This document shows positions 25,824-36,700 of a stretch of 64,000 nucleotides of DNA, in pieces. This stretch comes from Rhynchobatus australiae (taxonomy: Eukaryota), in the NCBI GenBank assembly GCA_034780895.1, contig JAUZTB010000057.1, positions 23,209,451-23,273,450 on the forward strand, given 5' to 3'. Each line of letters begins with the position of its first letter. Position 1 is the stretch's first letter. Under the pieces are notes generated by a model. It was not told the origin of the DNA and did no database searches. It was given only the letters and a program-made list of their open reading frames with translations. A program made the position numbers and the translations under genes.

Positions 25824-28479
25824 AAATTATCACCTGAAGAGTAGGAAAAGAGATCAGGGGAAATTTATATATATAATAACTTGTTGCAGCATAGTTTTAC
25901 TATGTGGAATTGCTGAGATAGAGATCTTCATTGTACTAACTAAGAGTACATAAATATCTGAAGCAGAGGAGTATACAGGATCATGGGGTGAAAGGGGGAC
26001 TTTGGAGGCCTTTTAGATTGTTCTAGCAAAGGGCTGACACTGACACAAAGGAACAAAATGGCATCTGTCTATAATATAAAATGCCATGGAATTAAATAAG
26101 AAGATAACATATTCTGTTGTTTTGTGTAACATGGCCTCATCAGGGTCAAACAGAAGACAACTTTCTTTTGAAGGCATATTTTTGCTGAAACTCAAGAAGC
26201 AACAATGAATGTTACCTTTTGTTTATTGTATCTCTAACAAAATGTTAGAAATTTGAGCTATGCTGTCCAAAGAGAGATGTGGTAAACTAAAGATTACAGG
26301 CTCCCCCCTCTTATCGAGCTTTATATTTTCACCTTCTTATTCAGCTCACTGGCTTCTCTTTCCTTGACTCTCTTGTTTTTGATTAGCTTTTATGTTTATC
26401 ATCTCTTTTTTCTCTTCTTCTTCCAATTTGGGTTGGAAATAACATGGTATGGAAAGGAGCCAAGTGGGGGATGTAGAGAAACTGCAGAATACAAATATCT
26501 GCTCTTAGCTACAGCAATGGTTTTGGTTCCTGAAACATCCAGCCTGGCCCTGCCTTGCCCCCTTCTCTGTGCTTCTTTTGCCATTTCCACCCATCCTTAG
26601 GAGCGAGACATTGACATAGAAGGGACATGAGGGAGCAGGGAGGGAGAAGGGATTGGAGGGCCAGGCAGATGAAGGGGGATAATTTTTTAATTACTAAGAT
26701 CAGAATGGAAGAAAACAGTAGACATCACAAGGAGAAGCTTTTCCCTGTTCACTCTGCCCACTCTTCCTCCTCCATTTACTTCCCCTCTCCTTTTTTGCTC
26801 ATTCTTTCTATTATGACCTCTCACTGGCTCATTTTTGCTGTATCCTCCTCATTAGAGTAATTTCTAGTTTACACATGAAAAACACAGGAGACTTTGCCAA
26901 AAATGTTCTTCGATTACTACATATTGCACATGCTCAGAATGTACAGATGTAACAGAAGGCTCTCTCGTTACCATTTTGAAGGAAAAACACATCCAGTCAA
27001 AAGTGAATATTTTGGAGAGATTAAGCCTTCCAAAAAATGTTAAATGAAGATGTTAAAAGACATTACGAGGCATTTCTGTGCAAACGTTTATTGTGAAATA
27101 TTATATTTTGCACCTTTCATTTTGTCTAAACCCTAATTCAGACATTTACAACTTCAGTCACTGAGAATATAAAAAAGATCTGAAAGCATTTTGAAACAAG
27201 GGTAACATGTTTACACAAATGAAATTAATTATAAGTANNNNNNNNNNNNNNNNNNNNNNNNNNNNNNNNNNNNNNNNNNNNNNNNNNNNNNNNNNNNNNN
27301 NNNNNNNNNNNNNNNNNNNNNNNNNNNNNNNNNNNNNNNNNNNNNNNNNNNNNNNNTAAATAGAAGCATATTTGGAGAGAGAAATGGCTATACATTACGA
27401 TTTGTAGAATCCTTCTGCTGGAAGGATAACCATATGCTCTATTGGATGCATACATCTTGAGAAATTATTACAAGTTTTACAAGTGCAGAAAGAAAAATAT
27501 GTATTTGAAAAGATAAAATTCACAGGGCTGAAGGAACCTAGCATCAGACTAGGAATAATTGCAAAGCTGTTTCAAAGAGCAGGCGCAGGCTTCTTGTATA
27601 TAATGCTGAGTCATAGAGAGCAGAGAGGATCCCAATCTGATCTTTATTCTGAGCTGATTTTGATAGAAAGGATGCGACAATCGGGTATGTCGCCCTTTAG
27701 TAGCGAGGTGGGGTGAACTGGGGAATAGTTAATGCCGCTGAGTTGATAGCTAATTCAGTTACCTGTTCTGTTAAATGCACACATGCAGGATCACAACATC
27801 ATCGCCACAATGCTGACTTTGAAACTTCACATATCAAAAAAAATGCACGTGAAGGATTTTTCTCCTAATTTTACTTTCCATGGGTCAGTGCCCATTCTGC
27901 CTTTAATGCTTTGGTTGCGCATAAAGATGTTTTCTCCTTTAAATTTGCCACATTAATGGACAGTGGATCGAGCGAAGTGTGTAGTACAATACTTTATATA
28001 ATTAAAAGAAAAGCGTTACCAACAGACAATCGTCAACCAAACCAACTAAATCTTCCTTTGTTTCCCAGTAGTTTGGACTTTTCACCGAGGCAGTGGGGGT
28101 GGGGGGGGCAATTATCGTGCAACGGAATCCAGGGAGTCTACTTTATTCTGCTTATTTTAATTACTCAATGCTTTAAAAACAATTGCACTCCTAAACAAGA
28201 TTAATTTTTACCATAAAGTATTAAAGCTCGCTTCAAGATTAGAATTTACTTTTTAATCTTTGACAGCAAACTCAAAATCAACTGACATGATTCTGTGCAG
28301 TGATGGTTGTTACTCAGTCACTGGACCCTACCAGGTTTTAAATTCTAATCAAAGAAAGGAAAAGACTGCAATATACATTATTCCTCTGTTTTAGAAAGCT
28401 CGGTATACTTATTAATAAATCTTTTTTTATAGCTGTACAGTATTTATGACTCTACACTAAAGGTCACACCTTCCTCAAA

Positions 28480-28521
28480 CACAGCACTGCGGAAGGCGCT
28501 GTCCTGAAACGTAGTGCTGAA
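28480..28521. promoter_or_regulatory. Compound REST/NRSF (RE1) site upstream of NEFH
   Basis: Minus strand 28521-28495 reads TTCAGCACT-acgtttca-GGACAGCGCC (both RE1 half-sites, 8-nt spacer). The overlapping plus-strand 28480-28500 cacagcactgcggaaggcgct is a degenerate canonical-spacing RE1. Confidence 0.7.
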
Positions 28522-29216
28522 AATACGTTCTGNNNNNNNNNNNNNNNNNNNNNNNNNNNNNNNNNNNNNNNNNNNNNNNNNNNNNNNNNNNNNNNNNNNN
28601 NNNNNNNNNNNNNNNNNNNNNNNNNNNNNNNNNNNNNNNNNNNNNNNNNNNNNNNNNNNNNNNNNNNNNNNNNNNNNNNNNNNNNNNNNNNNNNNNNNNN
28701 NNNNNNNNNNNNNNNNNNNNNNNNNNNNNNNNNNNNNNNNNNNNNNNNNNNNNNNNNNNNNNNNNNNNNNNNNNNNNNNNNNNNNNNNNNNNNNNNNNNN
28801 NNNNNNNNNNNNNNNNNNNNNNNNNNNNNNNNNNNNNNNNNNNNNNNNNNNNNNNNNNNNNNNNNNNNNNNNNNNNNNNNNNNNNNNNNNNNNNNNNNNN
28901 NNNNNNNNNNNNNNNNNNNNNNNNNNNATGTTTATTTTAACGTTATTAAATGATCAGAGCTGTAATTTTTCAATGCAACTGTTTCGTCACGATTTAATTA
29001 TATCGAAGAGGGTGAAAGATAGATAGAAATTTTATTCAAAATAAATTGCTGTTATTAGGCACCTTTATCTGTAAGGGGAAGTATCTCGGTAGCCTTAACT
29101 GTTTAATACGGTTGTCTTTCGGGGTGGGGTGTTGGGGGGGGCTAAGCTATCTTTAGCAGATTGGCGAGTGAGACGTGGCTGGAGCAGTTGCTGCCAAATT
29201 AGCACATTCTGCGGTG

Positions 29217-29223
29217 TATAAAA
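29217..29223 (+). promoter_or_regulatory. TATA box of NEFH
   Basis: TATAAAA about 50 nt upstream of the ATG at 29273, in a locally CpG-containing segment. Confidence 0.75.
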
Positions 29224-29272
29224 GGCGCAGCCTCCTCCCTCGCTACTGCAGTGCAACTCTTCCTTCCACACG

Positions 29273-30313
29273 ATGAGTTACAGTCTGGATACAATGTTCG
29301 GCACCAGCTCCTACCGCAGGATACTGGGGGACTCACCCCGGCCCGCGTCCCGCTCCGCAGGCTCTTTAGCAAGTAGCGGCTTCCATTCACAGACCTGGTC
29401 CCGGAGCCCCAGCACAATTACCTCCTACAAACGGGTTACCCCAAGCCTGACTGCCAACTTCAGCTCTCAGATCACAGCCTCAACCGAGAGCCTGGAATCC
29501 GGGGCCATAAATGGAGACATTAGATCGCGCAACGAGAAGGAGATGCTACAGACCCTGAACGATCGCTTCGCTACTTATATCGACAAGGTAAGGAACCTAG
29601 AGCTTCAGAACAAGAGTCTGGAGGCAGAGGCCGCTTCCCTGAGGCAGCAGCAAGCCGGCAGATCGGCCATAGGGGAGCTGTACGAGAGAGAAATCAAAGA
29701 CCTGCGCAATGTAGTGGTGCAGATTAGCAATGACAAGGCGCAACTACAGCTGGAGCAGGAACACCTGGAGGAGGACATCCAGCACATCAAGCAGAGATAC
29801 GAGGATGAGAGCAGGATGAGGGAAGAGATCGACGCCAGTATCAGAGCCCTGAGCAAGTACATTGAGGATGCGGGCTTGACAAAGCTAGACTTGGACAAGA
29901 AGCTCCGTTTCCTCACCGACGAGGCTTCTTTCATGAAGGCGAATCACGATGAGGAAGTTCGAGATTTGCTGAATCAGATCCAGGGCTCACAGGTAACTTT
30001 GGAAGTGAGGGATTCTTTGAAGTCTGATATCACGGCGGCTCTCCGAGAGATCCGAGCGCAGATGGAAGGTCATGCAGTCAAGACCACCAGTCAGACCGAG
30101 GAGGTGTTCAAAGTGAAGCTCGAGAAACTCAACCAAGCCGCCAAGGTCAACACCGACGCCATCCACGCAGCCCAGGATGAAATCTTAGAGTATCGCAGAC
30201 ATCTGCAGTCCAAGAACACCGAACTGGAGACGCTGAAGGGGACAAAAGACTCATTGGAGAGGCAAAGGATTGAGATGGAAGACAGACACAATGCGGATAT
30301 TTCCAGCTACCAG
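29273..30313 (+). CDS. NEFH: Neurofilament heavy chain, exon 1 (head and most of the rod)
   Basis: Intermediate-filament LNDRFATYIDKVR motif. AAKVNTDA...KDSLERQR...EDRH.ADI.SYQ matches the recalled NF-H rod. Donor TACCAG|gtagtc at 30314. Adjacent to THOC5 as in mammals. Confidence 0.93.
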
Positions 30314-30576
30314 GTAGTCTTTGGTTACTTCTCTCAGTTTTCACAATAGACGATGTTTAAAAAATCCTAATTGCATTTATTTAACATGCAAAACCGACTT
30401 TGAGAGTAGCGTATATATGTTCTATTAGCTATAAGTCAGTCAAAGTTTAATACACGCCGGTGTCCTCAAATTCCCAATGCTAAATGTTAATATACTAGAG
30501 TCATCTGATTACGAGTTTTACACCGTTTATAGGCTTAGTGTGGGTTTACATTTCTTTAAAATAATTAATGTTGCAG

Positions 30577-30701
30577 GATGCGACACAACAACTTGAAAAC
30601 GAATTAAGAAATACAAAATGGGAAATGGCTGCGCAACTCAGGGAGTACCAAGACTTACTCAATGTTAAAATGGCCTTGGATATTGAAATTGCGGCTTACA
30701 G
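30577..30701 (+). CDS. NEFH: Neurofilament heavy chain, exon 2 (end of coil 2B)
   Basis: ttgcag|GAT...TACAG|gtatgg, 125 nt. Encodes [42 protein letters not shown]; EMAAQLRE is the NF-H form (NF-M has EMARHLRE). Confidence 0.95.
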
Positions 30702-30984
30702 GTATGGTGTCAAATGCGAGATGTGCTGAATGAATGTGAAGGCACAAGGATTAAATGCAAGAGGAATGGGCAAATAATATAACGGCTCAGAATGACTATG
30801 CAGAGTAACCTTGCCCCGAGATTTTTCAATATTTTTAGCCTTGGCACACAAGTGAGAAACAAAGTGGGAAGACAAAGAGGGAGGATATTTGGACTCTCCA
30901 TTCCATGACCCCTCTCTGCAAAAACAATGCAGCTAATCCTGCTTCCCCACCCTTTCTCTGCAGCCCAGCTGTTTCCCTCCCCCC

Positions 30985-31500
30985 GCACAAAAAAAGTACG
31001 GGAGTTGGGACGTCGTGTTACAGCTGTACAAGGTGTTGGTGAGACCGCACTTGGAATATTATGTGCAGTATTCTGATCACCTGGGTTTGGAGGGATATCA
31101 TTAAAATGGAAAGGCAGAAAAGACACAAGAGGACGTTGTGGGGACTGGAGGGCGTGAGCTATAAAGAGAGATTGGATAGATGTGGACCTTTTTCTCCCCT
31201 GGAGCATAGGAGGCGGAGGTTAAAACATTAGAGAGGTTTATAAAATCACCAGGGGCATAGATATGGAGATGGTCACACTCTTTTCCCCAGGGCAGGGAAG
31301 TCTAAAACTAGAGGGCATAGGTTTAAAGTGAGAGGGGAAAGATTTAAAAGGTATCTGGTGAGCAACATTTTAGCACAGAGAGTGGTGGTCTATGGAATGA
31401 GCTGCCAGAGGAAGTGGAAGAGGTGGGTACAATTCCAATATTTAAAAGACATTTAGATAGGTACATGGACAGGAAAGATTTTGAGGGAAATACACCAAAC
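30985..31500 (+). mobile_element. CR1/HER1-type LINE fragment in NEFH intron 2
   Basis: ctagagggcataggtttaaagtgagagggg...tggaatgagctgccagaggaagtgg; homologous to 18733-19367 and 54073-54661. Confidence 0.85.
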
Positions 31501-31807
31501 ATGTCCTTTAACTCTTGAGCCATCGCAGCAAACCTTGTCTGCAGAACTGAACAAAAGCAACAATGCCAGAAATATACAACAGATGAGTTGTCATCACAAA
31601 GAGGCATGGTATCTTCTTCCATTGCAACCCTATTTCTGTTTCATGAGGCAATGGTCTGCCACGCACTTCTACCATTTTAACTTCTGATGCACTTGTCCTC
31701 AATATTTTTCTTGTTGATCATTGATAACATAAGATTCAGAATTGTAAAGTATAAACAACAATCACGTTGGTAATAATGTATTACTATTGTCATCTTATTT
31801 TGTAAAG

Positions 31808-32863
31808 GAAACTTCTGGAGGGTGAAGAATCAAGATTTATTGGGACAAGTCCCTATTCTTCTATTGAAGGGTATCATAAAGTTCCCTCATTGCCAAACCA
31901 TATTAAACCCAAGCCTGATGAAACAGCCAAACCAACTGAAAAAGAGGCAGATGAAGTGGTTGCAGAAGAGCAAGTGGATGAGAAAGTAACTACAACTGAA
32001 GGAGCTAAAGAATCCGAAGAGGCTGAAGAAGAAAAGGAGGGGGAGGAGGAAGAAGAAAAGGAGGAAGCAGCAGAGGAAGAGGCTGGCAAAGCAGAATCCG
32101 AGGACAAACAAGAAACAAAACCTGATGAAGAAAGTACGAAAGAAGAAGACACTAAAAGTGAAAAAGCAGAGGAGGAAGAGAAAGGAAAAGAAAAATTAGT
32201 CGATGAAGAAGACGTGGAAAAGGGAAGCAAGGAACAAGCAGAGGAAAAGCCTGCCAAAGATCAAAAGGAACTAACGATAAAGGTGGAAGATAAAACACCA
32301 GAAGAACCCAAGGAGAAAGAAAGCCCAGAAAAGGAGCCAGAGACTAAAGAAAAAAAGAAGGAAACAGAGGAACCCTCTGAACTAGAATCTGAAACCAAAG
32401 AGAGAGAAGAGGAAAAGGAATCAAAAGTAGAACACAAGGATGAAGAAAAGGAAGATGCAAAACCAGAGCCCAAACCTGAAGAAAAAGAGGTGAAAAAAGA
32501 TGCAAAACCAGAGGCTAAACCTGAAGAAAAAGAGGCTAAAAAAGATGCAAAAGCAGAGGTCAAACCTGAAGAAAAGGAAGTGAAAATAGATGCAAAAGCA
32601 GAGCCCAAACCTGAAGAAAAAGAGGTAAAGAAAGATGCAAAACCAGAGCCCAAACCTGAAGAAAAAGAGGTGAAAAAAGATGCAAAAGCAGAGCCCAAAC
32701 CTGAAGAAAAAGAGGCGAAAAAAGATGCAAAAGCAGAGCCCAAACCTGAAGAAAAAGAGGTGAAAAAAGATGCAAAACCAGAGGCTAAACCTGAAGAAAA
32801 AGAGGTGAAAAAAGATGCAAAACCAGAGGCTAAACCTGAAGAAAAAGAGGTGAAAAAAGATGC
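31808..32863 (+). CDS. NEFH: Neurofilament heavy chain, exon 3 (KLLEGEE, Glu-rich segment and repeat tail); truncated by a gap, true stop unresolved
   Basis: Acceptor tgtaaag|G AAA CTT CTG GAG GGT GAA GAA. Open frame continues to the N-run at 32864-33474. Confidence 0.92.
32454..32863 (+). repeat. Coding minisatellite with a 45-bp unit (DAK[P/A]E[P/A/V]KPEEKE[V/A]K[K/I]); 9 full units plus the start of a 10th before the gap
   Basis: Unit gatgcaaaaccagagcccaaacctgaagaaaaagaggtgaaaaaa repeats at a 45-nt period. Confidence 0.95.
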
Positions 32864-33785
32864 NNNNNNNNNNNNNNNNNNNNNNNNNNNNNNNNNNNNN
32901 NNNNNNNNNNNNNNNNNNNNNNNNNNNNNNNNNNNNNNNNNNNNNNNNNNNNNNNNNNNNNNNNNNNNNNNNNNNNNNNNNNNNNNNNNNNNNNNNNNNN
33001 NNNNNNNNNNNNNNNNNNNNNNNNNNNNNNNNNNNNNNNNNNNNNNNNNNNNNNNNNNNNNNNNNNNNNNNNNNNNNNNNNNNNNNNNNNNNNNNNNNNN
33101 NNNNNNNNNNNNNNNNNNNNNNNNNNNNNNNNNNNNNNNNNNNNNNNNNNNNNNNNNNNNNNNNNNNNNNNNNNNNNNNNNNNNNNNNNNNNNNNNNNNN
33201 NNNNNNNNNNNNNNNNNNNNNNNNNNNNNNNNNNNNNNNNNNNNNNNNNNNNNNNNNNNNNNNNNNNNNNNNNNNNNNNNNNNNNNNNNNNNNNNNNNNN
33301 NNNNNNNNNNNNNNNNNNNNNNNNNNNNNNNNNNNNNNNNNNNNNNNNNNNNNNNNNNNNNNNNNNNNNNNNNNNNNNNNNNNNNNNNNNNNNNNNNNNN
33401 NNNNNNNNNNNNNNNNNNNNNNNNNNNNNNNNNNNNNNNNNNNNNNNNNNNNNNNNNNNNNNNNNNNNNNNNNNAAGGGGCTGGTAAGCAATAGACATTC
33501 ACTAAAGAGGCAGATGAATGCATCGTGATAACTTATATAGCAGAATGTGATGTATGCAGAATGCTAAGCACTTGAAGAGTATGAATACTTATCCTGCCTC
33601 ATTAATAAGTGCATTTAAGATGACTGATTGTTTGAGGTATATCTATCACCTACAGATAAAGAGTATTTGCTGAGTTATATTAATCAAATAATGAAACAGC
33701 CATGATTTAAACCTAAAAAGTCACATTCACGATTTAAAATATGCACCAACAAATACTGTCAATTACTTACAAAGTGCAATATATA

Positions 33786-33791
33786 AATAAA
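33786..33791 (+). terminator. Probable NEFH polyadenylation signal
   Basis: AATAAA directly after a GTGCAATA element, similar to the recalled end of the mammalian NEFH 3'UTR. A second AATAAA lies near 33906. Confidence 0.55.
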
Positions 33792-36700
33792 GAGCTTAAC
33801 AGATACAATGTGCCTCTGAAGTATATATTAATGCTAATACATGCTTACATAATTAAAATATATGTATTACAACAACATATAATTAAAATGATTGCATTTT
33901 CTTTGAATAAAGCAGCAATTTTTAAATAGGAACNNNNNNNNNNATCAAGGTAGCACACAGGATTCAGATTCAGCATGATGCTGATGCGCACTGTTGGAAG
34001 GAAGAAGAAAACAGATGGAGACTGGTAGCATGTATAAATGATTGCAATTTGTGTGCTGACATGCATAAGAAAACAACAAGATTTTTTAGGCTAAATATTA
34101 AAACTAGAAGTTAGAAAGTTAAAGCACCAAGTGAAAGTAACACTTCCACAGGTATGACAAACTAAAAATATCTGCCTGAAAGTATTCAAGAGAATCATTG
34201 GGTAAATCCACTGTGATGTGGCATTGAGAAATATAAAGCAAAAGATCCCAGTTGAGAAATGTTCTGTGTCGGCTTTATTGTGGGATAGTATAACTGGCTT
34301 TGCTGTCCCAGGCTAATGAAGTAAGTGAATGATGGCTGAGAAGGAGACTGGATTGGTTCTGATGGGCTATAGTTGAATAATCACCAGTGAATAAACCGCA
34401 CTGGTCAGGTTTAAATTCAGGGACTAACATCTGAGTCAAAAGATGAGTTGGTGTCTGTGGAGCTAAATTCCCAGAAAAACCTACTGTTGTCAAGAGAAAA
34501 ATAAATAATGTTTTACTGATCAATAGCTTTGAGAATTTGCAACTAAATTTAGATCAATTGTTTGATTAACTTTACTAAATTTAAATTTAAACATGTTTAT
34601 TGTGCACACGATAGAAATAAATTTAACAGGATGAGGACAATTGCTTATTTTACATATATGAGAGAGGTGAAAAATATTTTGGATGGATTCGTGAGATATA
34701 AAACAATATGCATCATAGATAAAGCCTAAACCAAGCATCACTCTGACTATAAGAACAATAGGCTGAACAAAAGTAAATGACACAAAAAACTGGAATGATG
34801 TCACGATTGTAATCATGTAATAAGGTTCAGTTTCTATTAGACTTTTGAAATAATGATCTGCATTGGGTGACTGAAAGGTAGTGAGGATCCAATGTGTTGG
34901 TATGTTGGCAATGTGAATTTGAAAATTAAAGAGCATTAGGATTTAAATATTATTTTTTCTTTATCTATTTAGAAGATGTTAACTTCTTCCTGGGACATTG
35001 TTGCTTTCTCACAAAATGGACCAGTCATTCATGTGTGGATCTTGATAACGAGTATTGACAGAAATATTTTATTGATGGGTACCACAGCCAAGCACAACCC
35101 TACCTTCACTGCAGCCATGGATGAGGTTTAGGTTTCACCAGTACTACTTGACTCTAGACCTAATCACAGGCTTATACAGCACAGTAACAGGCCCTTCCGG
35201 CCCAACAAGCCCACGCTGCCCAATTACACCCTCATTAACCTACTAACCCATATGTCTTTGGAATGTGGGAGGAAACCGGAACACCCAGAGGAAACCCATG
35301 GGGAGAATGTACAAACTCCTTAGAGACTGCGGCAGGAATTGAACCCCGATTGCTGGTGCTGTAATAGCGTTGCAAACACCAACAGTGATCTTCTTTGTGT
35401 GAGGTATGACTCCAGCCACTGGAGAGTTTTCCCTTTGATGCCAAACTTTGGAATATTGCTGCCTTATGGCCAAGGCCAGTCACACCCACCTTAGCTCTGG
35501 CATTCAGTTCTCTAGTCCATCTTTGGACTATTAAATAAAGTTTTAAAGTAGCGTCTTAGGGCCAATCATCTTCAAGGATCTTCCTTCCATTATAAGTTCA
35601 GAAGCGGGGATGTCCACTGATGATTATATCATGTTTAATTTAACTGCAGCTCCTCCCCAAATGAAGCAGCCTATGCCTCCATGCAGCAAGAACTTGACAG
35701 CATTGNNNNNNNNNNNNNNNNNNNNNNNNNNNNNNNNNNNNNNNNNNNNNNNNNNNNNNNNNNNNNNNNNNNNNNNNNNNNNNNNNNNNNNNNNNNNNNN
35801 NNNNNTTGAGGCATGGGCTGATATTTACAAGTAACATTTGTGCTCTAAAAGTGCCAGGAAATAACCATCAAAAGAGAGTCTAACCATCTACCCTTAACTT
35901 TTGATGGCATTACCATTACTGAGTCCCCTACCATTAATATTCTGGAGTCACTACTGACCAGAAACTCAACCAGAACAGCTTTAGTAATACTTTGGCCACA
36001 AGAGCAGGTTGGAGACTGAGTAACTTGTAGCGAGTGACTCACCTCTTGACATCACAACGCCTTTCCGCCGCATATGTCACAGGTCAGGAGTGTGTTAGAA
36101 CATGCTCTACTTGTGAGAGCAGCTTCAACAACTCTCAAGAAGCTTGGCAGCATTCATGATGCAGAAGCTCACTTGATTGGTGCAAAGTCCACACCATAAC
36201 TTTTCATTCCTTCCAGCATTGTAAACATGTTACAAAATGCACTGGAACTGCTGACTGAGACTACACCTGCCAAGGTCACAACCTCTACCACCAAGAAGGA
36301 TGAGGGCTTCAAATGCATTGGAACACCATCACCTACATGTTCCCCTCCAATATATCACTGTTCCTTTATGCTGCTGGGTCTAAATCTTGGAATTCACTGC
36401 ACCTTAGCAGTATAGAAGTACCTCCATTGTTTCAAGAAGGTGGTTCAACATCATCTTATCAAGGGCAGTTAGGGGTTGGCAATAAGTGCTGGTATACTAA
36501 TAATGCCAAGATCCTGAAAAATAATGAAAAAACCCAGGCACCTTACTATGCACAGACCAGCAATTGAACCTGAAACCTTCTTGATCCCTGTGATTCAATG
36601 TATTATTCCAGAGAACTACATGAGATGAGGATGAATTGACATTAGTGCAGAAAATACTTTCCAGTTTTGGACAACAAATATCAATATCAACTACTTCTCC

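Noticed and set aside
32454-32863. Regular repeat array as CRISPR-like
   Set aside because: Contiguous coding tandem repeats with no unique spacers, in a vertebrate gene.
33475-33494. ORF-track C-terminus GAGKQ* for NEFH
   Set aside because: The frame across a 611-N gap is arbitrary, and the sequence just downstream resembles internal 3'UTR, so the stop is probably within the gap.
29605-33523. Long antisense ORFs over NEFH (Ser/Phe/Leu-rich)
   Set aside because: Shadow frames of coiled-coil and purine-rich repeat codons.
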